Below, piece by piece: positions 13,401 through 23,777 of a DNA stretch of 64,000 bases (positions within the stretch are counted from its first letter, which is position 1; every line of letters begins with the position of its first letter). The stretch is from Pecten maximus (Eukaryota), in the NCBI RefSeq assembly GCF_902652985.1, contig NC_047017.1, forward strand, positions 4,588,001 through 4,652,000. Direction: 5' to 3'. Position numbers and translations under genes: made by a program. The notes below the pieces were generated by a model, which was given only the letters and a program-made list of their open reading frames with translations, was not told the origin of the DNA and ran no database searches.

Positions 13401-16400
13401 TCAGTATCAGGCGCAGGAAACACGCGCATAACGCACGTGGAGAATTTATACCGCGCGTGCCTAGCGTACAATGATGCTAACTGTTGTAATAATCTACATC
13501 ACACCTTCGACCTTGAAGGAGCACAGAATGAAACATTTACAAGAAAATTCTCAGGAGACAGAAAAAAAACCTATTTTTTCAAAACCCACATTACTTGCTT
13601 CGTGGCTGTATCTTCGACATAAAAGTCAATTTGATTTTCTGTTTTCTCTTGAGAAATCTACGAAGATTTACTCTCTACTTGCCAGAAATGTTATAAAGCT
13701 GTTGTTCATTTAGAAGGCGGTGACTTCTAAAACATGAAAGTGCCGGTAAAGATTGCCTTAATCGTCTGATAATTAACTCTTCTTGAGGAGAAGCTTTGTA
13801 CAATATATTCATACATGTTGCGCATACTTATGATGGATAAGATATGTCTGATGGCTTCGAGGCGATACATCACCCACTATAAATAAACAACTATTAAGTT
13901 TCTAAAACGTCCCATTTCATGTAAAGTTACGCTTTTTAGCGGGAGTTATCGAAACAATAGAAACTTGTTCTGTTTTTTCTGACTCTGCCTAAAACTTAAT
14001 TTCATTATTGCTGTTTTATGAATGTCCTCCTTCCTCGTGCCTCCCAATTAGGTCATCAATTGATAAAATATGCATTCAGTATTAATGTTTTTAATTGAAT
14101 TCTAATATTCTATAAACAAACATAACAGGAAGCATTAACAAATAAACAAAAGATTTCGTATTTCTGACGAGGGCAACACAGGACCAAAATATAATCTACA
14201 CGGACATCGTTGAAAAAAAGTACATTGTACAAGGAGAACAAAGACCAACCTTTCCCGAAAGGTCTTCCGCATTTTTGACGACATCCTGATTTTTTGTTTG
14301 GTTTGTTTTATGGAGGTGAGGAGTAAGGTGATATTTATAATACGATGATTCTAATGTTCCTAGTCGATAAATGTTAACAATCCACTTTGAATATCATACG
14401 AAAGCTCCCTACCTGTGAATGCCACGTGAAGAATGGATTCATAAGCACAATAATGGATTTGTAAGCACAACACATTCATCTTGGAACAATTTTATGTGAT
14501 TTATTCTTTGAAGAAGTAATTTGTTTTAAGGAGTCGTTTTACCAACTATGGATATTTCATTTAAAATTACCGTTTGTACGGACTGAATGTTTCTGTCTAG
14601 AGATGCACATATACATATTGTTTAAAACAACAATAATGAGCAAGCGGAAGAAACGGCAATGAATCATGTTAACATTATATTCTGAAACAAAGAAAAGATA
14701 GATTATGTAACGTGTTCTTGTTGAAGTCCTAGACATAGTTTAGACCGTGTCATCCTGTTTCTCCCAAAACTGAAAAAATATGTCCTGTCGGTGTCATCCT
14801 GTTTCTCCCAAAACTGAAAAAATATATGTCCTGTCGGTGTCATCCTGTTTCTCCCAAAACTGAAAAAATATATGTCCTGTCGGTGTCATCCTGTTTCTCC
14901 CAAAACTGAAAAAAATATATGTCCTGTCGGTGTCATCCTGTTTCTCCCAAAACTGAAAAAATATATGTCCTGTCGGTGTCATCCTGTTTCTCCCAAAACT
15001 GAAAAAAATATATGTCCTGTCGGCGTCATCCTGTTTCTCCCAAAACTGAAAAAATATATGTCCTGTCGGCGTCATCCTGTTTCTCCCAAAACTGAAAAAA
15101 TATATGTCCTGTCGGCGTCATCCTGTTTCTCCCAAAACTGAAAAAATATATGTCCTGTCGGTGTCATCCTGTTTCTCCCAAAACTGAAAAAAATATATGT
15201 CCTGTCGGTGTCATCCTGTTTCTCCCAAAAACTTATGTAAACAATATAGGAGGAGTGTTGTTTTAACATTTAAGTTAACTGCTACCTGTACAGGTAGATT
15301 TTCAGTTTTGGGAGAAACAGGATTAAACCGTTTAGACATAGATTATAATAGACATTTTGTATATGGTCATTTGCTGCAATTTTACAATAGTAATACATTT
15401 CTCTGCACAGACCGCGCTCCACTTCCATAATTGAAAGCCCGGGATTTGTCGGCATGTAGGAAAGGGAGGGGGAGGAATGAACGATATCGATTTATATATA
15501 ACTTAAAAGTGATCGCTATTCAGATGAAATTGCTTAACTGTACTGTTACTTTCCAAAGTCATTTTGGCATATATCAAAAATGTCATTGTATGGTCGTTAA
15601 ATTACTTCGGGATAAATTTCGCAGTAGCCCCAGTCGGACCAGTTCGAGAGTATACCATTTCGCGTAACCACACTGTATAAGCATTCTGCAGTAAACACGA
15701 AAACACATATGTTCAATTTTCGCGTTATATTTAATGATCATGAATATAGCGAATTTAAATCCCAGCGAATATTATCAAATGTCCAGCGATTCCATGTTCA
15801 AACCTGTACGTGCTTTGTAGAATAACTCCATGTAATACATTTTCAAAACTTAAAATTTTTAAAGAGTATTGAATAAATGAAATTGATATTACATGCATGA
15901 TTGAGGCACAGGGGTTCGTATATCAGATAACAATATGAAATGTTTTGTTTGCTTCTACCTGGGATGTGTGAACTAAATCTTTGAAGCGCAATGTGGCAAA
16001 ATAAAGTTTTCGTGAATGAAGTGTGATTGTGCATATCTTATTAAGTCTTCTTAATCAAACAATGTTCATGTGACGATATTAAAACGTTTCACATCAGAAT
16101 GCTGCAGGAAGTTAGTTTTAGGTGACAGCGCATGCCTGCGATACCCAACGTTTCTGGTGACAACGCATGCCTGTGATACCCAACGTAAGATGTTCTTCCC
16201 TCTGTTGTCATGTGAACACAATGAGATATTGTCGGGTCTTAATAAACCCCAAAATCTTGGTATTACAGGTTTGACTCCCTTACACCAAGCAGTATTGGAC
16301 GGAAATATAATGGCAGTTCGTCTCCTCATAGAACACGGTGCCAACGTCAACAAACAAGACGAAGACAGCTGGGCACCCTTACACGCCGCATGCGCAGAAG

Positions 16401-17683
16401 GGCACGCCGATATTGCCAAGTAAGTTGTAACTTGTAGAATGTAGAAAGTTTCGAGGAGGTTTCATAGTAGAATTGAGCTTAAAATTGTCTGGTATTCGGA
16501 AATCTTCAAGAAACATCATGGGAAACAACCACTCCAGATTAAACGAGTTTCTGTTCGACATGGACAGGAATGTTTATTTCTCGACAGGGGTAATAAGAGA
16601 TTAAAAACAACAAATAATGCTATGTAATAAAAAGCATAATTCCAACTCGAAATCGAGGGGAAAATATAAGCATATATATTTGGATGGAGACTCATGAAAA
16701 GTACAAGAGGGTTAAGACCAGGTGTTCAGGAATAGTAGGCGCCCTCTGCTTCATCGACGAAACTCACCATACGTCACATTCTCAAAATCAGAACTAGGGT
16801 AGTGACAACGGAACCACTAGGTATATCAACAAGCATCAGGCATGTCTGACTTACATCGACATTCACGTAAGGAAATTTTAATTTAATTTTCAATCAGTAA
16901 TCATCGGTCATGGAAATCGTGATAACGGGAACACGTGCTCGATTATGTGATCAACAGATCTAGAGAATATCTACTTCAAAACGAAACGATAGTTCATACC
17001 CAAAACGAAACGATAGTTCATACTCAATATCCATCAATCGAGATTAAAAGACGAACACACAATATAGATCTGCGTGGAGACACTTCAGGAGCTGGAGAAT
17101 GAGACCAGGCATTCCGGTAGGGTAAGCGTCCCCTGCCATATCGGTCGAGTGGCACAGCGGTAACACACTTGTCTTTCACGTAGGCGGCCGGGGTTCGACT
17201 CCCCGATCGGATGTGAAAATGTATGGGGGTCACCTGCCCGACCATGTTGGTTTCCCCGGTTGGTACTCCTGTTTCCTCCCACAGTAAGACACCTCGCGCT
17301 CTCCCATACCGACCAACAAGAGTGATTAATATAATTTAATATAATTTGTTTCGCATTTGTTGTCAAATAAAGTTCACAAGTCACCCACCACACAAACACA
17401 AATCCAGGTTAACTGTCATTCTCAAAATAATGAAACATAAAGTATATAATGTCAACAAGTATATACATACATGTATTCCTGTTTCTTTTTCAGGTTACTT
17501 CTCCAGCACGGGGCTAAGAAAGACTTGTTGACTGAGGACGGAGAGCGCCCTCTGGATCTAGTAGAACCCACAGACTTCCCAACTATTAAAGTTATGTTGG
17601 GGCAGAGTAAAGGCAATGCCTCTCCCCCACCCCCGGACTTAGGATCAGACGAAAGTGACGAAGAATCCGACGATGACAAGTAG
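10225..17683 (+). CDS. PPP1R27: PPP1R27-like protein phosphatase 1 regulatory subunit (RVxF + ankyrin repeats), join(10225..10402,16269..16419,17494..17683), 172 aa
   Basis: Exons of 178+151+190 nt (519 nt) join in frame through GT-AG introns of phase 1 and 2. Protein: MSRRASLYAKQNPGKSRPKVHFPDELVFLDNIKEND...GLTPLHQAVLDGNIMAVRLLIEHGANVNKQDEDSWAPLHAACAEGHADIAKLLLQHGAKKDLLTEDGERPLDLVEP. The KVHF motif followed by PDELVFLD, two clear ankyrin repeats and the small size match vertebrate PPP1R27 as I recall it. Orthology versus the PPP1R12/16 families was not tested. Confidence 0.85.
10510..10559. repeat. (TG)n followed by poly-G
   Basis: Read directly from the sequence; intron 1 of the PPP1R27-like gene. 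Confidence 0.95.
12315..13265. repeat. 33-bp minisatellite in intron 1 of the PPP1R27-like gene
   Basis: About 28 units of GACAATATCCCGTCAGTAACAGAGACAGATATC; a 165-bp higher-order duplication is marked at 12976 and 13141. Confidence 0.97.
14747..15323. repeat. 44-47-bp tandem array plus one inverted 25-bp copy
   Basis: About 11 units of GTGTCATCCTGTTTCTCCCAAAACTGAAAAAATATATGTCCTGTCG (14747-15231); TTTTCAGTTTTGGGAGAAACAGGAT at 15299-15323. Confidence 0.95.
16269..16419 (+). CDS. PPP1R27: PPP1R27-like coding exon 2 (ankyrin repeats)
   Basis: Acceptor TTACAG|; encodes GLTPLHQAV...WAPLHAAC; donor AA|GTAAGT. Confidence 0.92.
17141..17374 (+). mobile_element. tRNA-derived SINE with V-domain core
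   Basis: A box TGGCACAGCGG, B box GGTTCGACTCC, core GGTACTCCTGTTTCCTCCCACAGT, AT-rich tail; second copy at 57088. Confidence 0.85.
17494..17683 (+). CDS. PPP1R27: PPP1R27-like coding exon 3
   Basis: Acceptor TTTCTTTTTCAG|; encodes LLLQHGAKKDLLTEDGERPLDLV...SDEESDDDK-stop; AATAAA at 17730 and 17757. Confidence 0.9.
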
Positions 17684-18270
17684 TGTTAATACTGTGGTGT
17701 ATGGAATAATTCTGTTGAAGGATGATTATAATAAAAACATCTGGTTCCGCAAGCCTAATAAATCCCGCAAAAGTTCACAAATCTAATGGGATCGTGCGAA
17801 CAAAAACAAATAGCATGTATAAGTTGCCTGCGGAAAATTGATGTCTTAGCGCGATGCATTTGGAAGGAAATAGACTTGTCAGGATAAAAGTGGAAGTTTC
17901 CGCCATTAATCATTTGTCAACTCACTCAGACCTACGAGAAAAGTGTGTGAAGATCCAAAGAAAATATTGTGTGTTTTTTGTGCTGTACATAATTGCTCTT
18001 TTTCATAACAGTCAGAAGATCCCAGCATCACAAATCAGTCTGTACTCAGGGTCAAACATCCAGTGCAAAAAAGGACAACGTCAAGATGACTCTACATGTA
18101 GGCAGCCAGATTTTATTCTTCGCCATCAACGTGTGACGTAATATCAGCGGAGCCAATAGAATGACAGTCCAATGATCCAATGTTATAAACTTCATTCAAA
18201 AGTAGGGGATCTATTTTGTTACCATGGTTTCAAGACTAACCCTTTCTATGATTCATAACATTTGGCTACC

Positions 18271-18353
18271 TCAGACTAGTTCCCTCCCTTAGTTCTCTAC
18301 TCTCCGCCAGGGCTGCGTACGCAAGGGAGGTAACTGAGGAGGGAACCAGTCTA
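18271..18353. mobile_element. About 83-bp mini inverted-repeat element (hAT-like ends)
   Basis: AGACTAGTTCCCTCCCTTAGTT ... AACTGAGGAGGGAACCAGTCTA; flanks TGGCTACC/TAGCTAGC. Confidence 0.6.
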
Positions 18354-18896
18354 TAGCTAGCGCAATGAACCATGGGAAATATTTCAACAGCAGCTTTTTT
18401 AAGGCAACACGGGAGGGGTCAACTGGATACGTATTTATCAAATGTCACTTGCAGCAGTTGACACCATTTTGTCACCAATTCACATTTCTACAAAACGACA
18501 GAGACATCGGACGTCCTCCCCTCACCTGATGTTGTACGTACGTACGTGTGCCATCCAATACACAAAGTGTTTGTACACATGTTTATAAATTTAAGTGTTA
18601 TCAAACTGTGTATTGTCATTTTTGAGACTAATATATGTTCCGTTATGCATCTTGAGGCTGTGAAACGATAACCTCCAAGATCCGTTGATTTTTTGTCACT
18701 AAACAATTGTTTTTAAGAGATGATACCATTCAAATTCGTATAGGATTGACAAAGGACACGGAAATGCATATCATCTGTTATAAAATCAACATATGGTTAT
18801 GAATGGAAATGTTTATAAAAAGCTGTATAACACAGTCATTTCATCTTTCTATGACCCCATCGTTTTCCGGCGAACAAAATGTATTATTTCTTTACA

Positions 18897-19112
18897 TACT
18901 GTCAATAACATGAAATATTCGTTGTGGATATAAAATTTCGTGGTTGCTATGGAACCATGAATATAAATACAAAGAATATATTATATTATTATATATATTA
19001 TGTTATATATTATCATTACACGGGATAACCACGAAAGTTTGTACTCACAAAATAATTTGAAATCGTCATACCGCGAAAACAAATGCACACAGATAATTCC
19101 TGTTATACAGAA
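18897..19112. mobile_element. Degenerate MITE of the TACTGT type
   Basis: TACTGT start, TTTCGTGGTT / AACCACGAAA inverted motifs and TTATACAG end. Confidence 0.55.
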
Positions 19113-21561
19113 TCCGTACACTTATCACATCACGGATTAAGTATGATGCTCATCCAAGGAATGCCGATCGATATATATTCTACACAAATGTCATTAATGA
19201 TAAGAATTCACGCTGTGTTTAAACGTGATAAAACTTCCACAAGCAGGACGTGCTCTCCAGAGCCACCTCAAAACAGGAAATTTAAAACATAAGTGTATTT
19301 AATCATGAATTTAGTATAAAAATACCATATCTGTTGATTTATGAATAAAATTGCGTCATAATGGTATTGATGCCAGATACCGATAATGTTAACGTCTGTT
19401 AGCACTGTTAAAATGGCTCGAGTATGCCGACGGTGTACACAAATCCAAACGAAGACTAATCACACCATTTTCTGGATAATTTCTACGCTCTACATTTGCT
19501 AACGAATCTTACCGGCTCAAATTGTTGTTTTTGTTTTATAAGGCACAATTGAAGCTTGAAAAACGTTGTTATTTGATAGCTTTATATATAACTACACAAT
19601 ACAAATATTTCTCTCTTTAGGACTCTTCAGAGTTATCAGTTACCACATGTGGCAATCTAGAAGGGACGTTTTTGAATGCTGATATTTTGTAATGAATTAG
19701 ATTATTTTCCTTCTGGAAAAGTGCCGAAATATTGTTTCAATAAGATTATCTTACTCTGGAGTAGTGTTATTGTTCGTCATAAGATTTTAGACGTCACGTG
19801 CTCATTGCAAACTGGCTGCAAAGTCAAGAGATGACCTTACTACATACTGATTCAACAACCTCCAAAGAATTATATACGGAAGACATACACATGAGAAAGA
19901 TATAATAATTACATACAACAAAATTCTCCTTCTATAACACGTGATGAAAGATGGGTTCAGGACGACAATAAAAAAAAATCGGAAAGAAAATTAAACAATT
20001 ATCCCAAAACAATGGCGTTGATGATTCTTTAAAGCACCTTAAACCTCCATGTTATTAATTAAGCAGGAGCAGGAGCTACATATTTCCATCTGTTAAACCT
20101 TGGCAACTTACTGCAGCCGTGCATCGGTTCTAGAACAAGTCGGGAATGTTGACACACGACTCCATGACGTGCGCGTGACGCAGAACAAAAGGGATAGCAA
20201 TAAATCACATGATCGTGACGTCATCTGAGCTGAGCCAATAAGAAAGTGGAAAAAAATGAGACACTTTTGAAGAAAAGATGTTCTTTTTCAAATTCCAAGA
20301 TAGAGATCAACCTGCAATTTACGTGACGGTAGAGTTTTGTTTTATCAAGTCATACAGTTATACATAAAGATATATTGTTGAAAACTCAATATGCACAAGA
20401 TATATAGATTCAATGCGAACTTGTACATTAATCACGAAATCCTAAACTAACCGTTGCATGCTTACTTGTAATTGATAAAAAGTTGTTCGTGCGCTTTGAG
20501 AAAATGTCTTCCCAAGATTTTTAAGTATGTACATGGCCAGATACAACATCAACTTTCAAAAACAAAAAATCACCTGCTTCTACCAATGATGATGCATTTC
20601 ATTCTTGCCTGCGATGAATTTCAAATATGTGCCATTAAACTCGTAGTGGCGTTGTTTTGAGCTTTTACTGATAAAGAGAACCGGAAGTTGTTGTATTTCG
20701 GGCGAAGCTGTGATTTATCACCGTTTTCCCCGGGGGATCAAATTAGACCGGATTGGACTTGTTATACCATCATCAAATACATAAACTTCCGTTGGAAGAA
20801 AATTTAATGAAACTGGCAAACTTCAAAAAGGTATTACTTGATTAAATAGTACGTTTAATAGTTTGGGAAATGGCGATATTAAATTTCGAAAAACGAATGT
20901 ATCCAACACAGATTTGTTAATCAGCTTCTAATATTTTATAACGAGTCCTGCGAAATCATTGGGTGTTAATTTGACGAAAATCCGAAGGCAAAAAGAGACT
21001 AGAACTGTAAGCAAACGACTGACTATTGCTCCCGCTACTCCTAAGTCATGCAGCCATGGAAACCAAATGACATCTATTGTTGTGGGAAAAAGCACCATTG
21101 TATTTGCCATCCCCCAAAACACTTATACCAACACATACCAATTTTCAGTTTAATGAGACAATATCTCAAGTCGACCAATCAGAAGCTCCATTGTATTTCC
21201 ATGGTAGCGATTCTGGAAACAACTGATTCCTTAAATAATAAGCATAAGTAGGTCACGCCACTAGACCATGTTTGAATAATCTAAGGACTGATGAGATATT
21301 TGCCAGCACACAAAACCTGCGTATAATGAACTGGTTACCATGACAACCATTTTCACATATTCCCGTAGACTAACAAAGTTAGGGGTAATCCGTACAAAAT
21401 ATGCCTTACTTAGTGACATTAAGGGTTTTAAATTCAGGGAGACACAAGATCATGTCAGTTTGGAGTAATCAGGACAACATATGTCTCGGTGACATTAAGG
21501 TTCGTAACTTTCAGGGAGACAGGGACCATGTCAGGAATATCATGTATGTAAAGTTTTGCGT

Positions 21562-21711
21562 GTTATAACCCTGGCAAATACTAGCCGCAATATACCGCTC
21601 GGCTTGAATGATCTTTAGCTCAATCGGGTAAGACTAGTAAGCCAGAGGTCCCGGGTTCGATCCCTAGCCGAGGCAGTAATTTAAATTTAATTAATCATGC
21701 GCTCTGTTACA
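21562..21711 (+). mobile_element. tRNA-like (Thr AGT) sequence in a short repeat ending TGTTACA
   Basis: A box TAGCTCAATCGG (21616), CTAGTAA loop and B box GGTTCGATCCC (21654); the cloverleaf is incomplete. Left boundary uncertain. Confidence 0.55.
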
Positions 21712-23223
21712 TAAGGTACATCATTGTGTCTACTGATGGACACAGACAGACACACGCGGATTCAAGAATTAAATTGTGTAACGAATAGTGGTCATCTTCG
21801 TCGTGTAAACTGTAGACCATGGTCAGTTACCAACGTGACCAGTAGGACTAATATTATGTAATCATACACAACAGAGTAAAATTCACAAATCAGCACATCT
21901 TTTGGAGTTTTGTTATTGATAATGACGTTTTCGGCGAACAGTAATAAACAATTAATAACCAGCATTTTATTTTCAGTCAATGATGTAATTAAATACCCCT
22001 CTATTTTGACGAAAATCATTTCGTAAATATAATCATTACAACAGAATATTATTTTCAAGCAGTCTTTTGTAAAACGGGATTTACGCGGACATATCAGATA
22101 TTGATGTGCTCATAATGCTATACATTTTGATAGGGGTACCCTCGGATCAACCTAGAATTTGAGAGGGTCTTAAACTTACATGGATAAAATTGTCTGAGAT
22201 GAGAGTGGTTCCCTATCTTTCAATTACACTATCATTACATTCCATAACATCTTTTTATTTCCCGTAGTAAACCGGGCAATTTCTGAAATTTGCGTTTCTT
22301 TTATCGTTTAGTATATAGCAAGGTTTCTGTTTAAAAGACGTACTTTCTCGAGAAATCTATAAATGTAATTTTCTGAGGCTTGATATTCTGGACGCATTAA
22401 ATTCCCTCTGGGAATTCCAAAAACCTTTGCCACTACGTACGTTCGTGCATTGAATGTTTCAAAAGGTATAAAACAACTGGTGTTTTACTGTAAAAACTAT
22501 ATATACGAATGTCAGATAGATTGCTTCAAATAAATGGAACTATATGGAATTCCAATGGCAAAGCCAAGCCGAACCCCAAGAGCTTACGATTACAGCATAT
22601 AGTAGTTATATATATATTGTAAGCGGTAGGTTGAAGACCTTTTATTTCTCTAGGGTTTCTCTGGAAAAGGTCAGACATATACACGGGTCCTTTGGCAAAC
22701 TTTGCCCAGGACTAACAGGACCATTCACCTATGTGTAAAGTAGACATACATGTATATGTATATTTTGAAGAATAGATGTTCATGTACAAATTCCAAGATT
22801 GAGATCAATCTGCACTTAGCGTGACGCTGGGATTTTGTTTTATCAAGTCATACAGTTATTCATACAGATTTATTGTTGAAAACTCGCTATATGTACAAGG
22901 TAACGAAGCTTGCATCACTCATGGTGATCATTTTTTTGTTCAACACTTTTCAATCTTTTGATATCACAAGTTTTATAATATCAGTACATCATCATGTCAT
23001 AATGGCGCACGAAAAGTGCGGCGAAATTGACGACGTCACTCGATTGTGATAAGGTCATGCAGCATAAAGTTTACGTCATCACATTGCGAGTTGTAGTTTT
23101 CAGAATAAATGCGCGTGCAGGCTGTTTAGGAAAAGGAGAACACTTATCTGTTCATGTCCTTAACCGGGATTGTGTGAAAAGGACGAAGATTTTGTCCACA
23201 AGGGTTTCCATCAAGATATTGAT

Positions 23224-23777
23224 ACAAGAGGCCCATGGGCTTAAACAGTCACTATAGTTTTGATATATTTTGGCAGATTTGATTCCTGTGACCTTGAATT
23301 TGAGGTCGATGCCGTTCACCCCAGCATGCTACTGGCCAAATATCAGGTTTCTTAATGTGTTGGTTCTCCAGAAGAAGACGTTTATATTATGTTAGGATAT
23401 TTAAGCCAAGTGGCATGGAATTAAGGTTAGTCAATCATTTAAACAAACTTCGTTGTCTAACATGCTAAAGGCTCAATATCACGTCTCTGCAGACATATAT
23501 ATATGTGTCTCTGGGCCGCTTGGCTATTCAGAAAATGTCCTTTAAAGATTTTAGAATATTTGACCCCTGTGACCTTCAATAAAAGTCAATGTCATTCAAT
23601 TGAACAATTTTGATATCAATTCACCCCAGCATAATGTAGGCTCATTATCGGGTCTCTAGGCCTCCTGCTTATTGAGAAAATGTCAAAATTGTAAACAGTT
23701 AACGAACAGACGACGGAGGATAACGAACAAAAGGCGGTAAGAATAGGTCAGTTTATACTTCGTCTCAGGTGACCTAA
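23224..23777 (-). mobile_element. HINE/pearl-like non-autonomous element, both ends present
   Basis: Starts ACAAGAGGCCCATGGGC and ends GTCTCAGGTGACCTAA (reverse complement of the ends at 47505 and 39533); GACG-type microsatellite and degenerate internal repeats related to 36683-37053. Confidence 0.8.

Noticed and set aside
14794-15269. Repeat ORFs (MTPTGHIFFQFWEKQDD...)
   Set aside because: Translations of a 44-47-bp array with constant frame changes.
17141-17215. tRNA genes at 17141, 21610 and 57088
   Set aside because: A and B boxes are present but the cloverleaves are broken; two continue into a shared SINE body.
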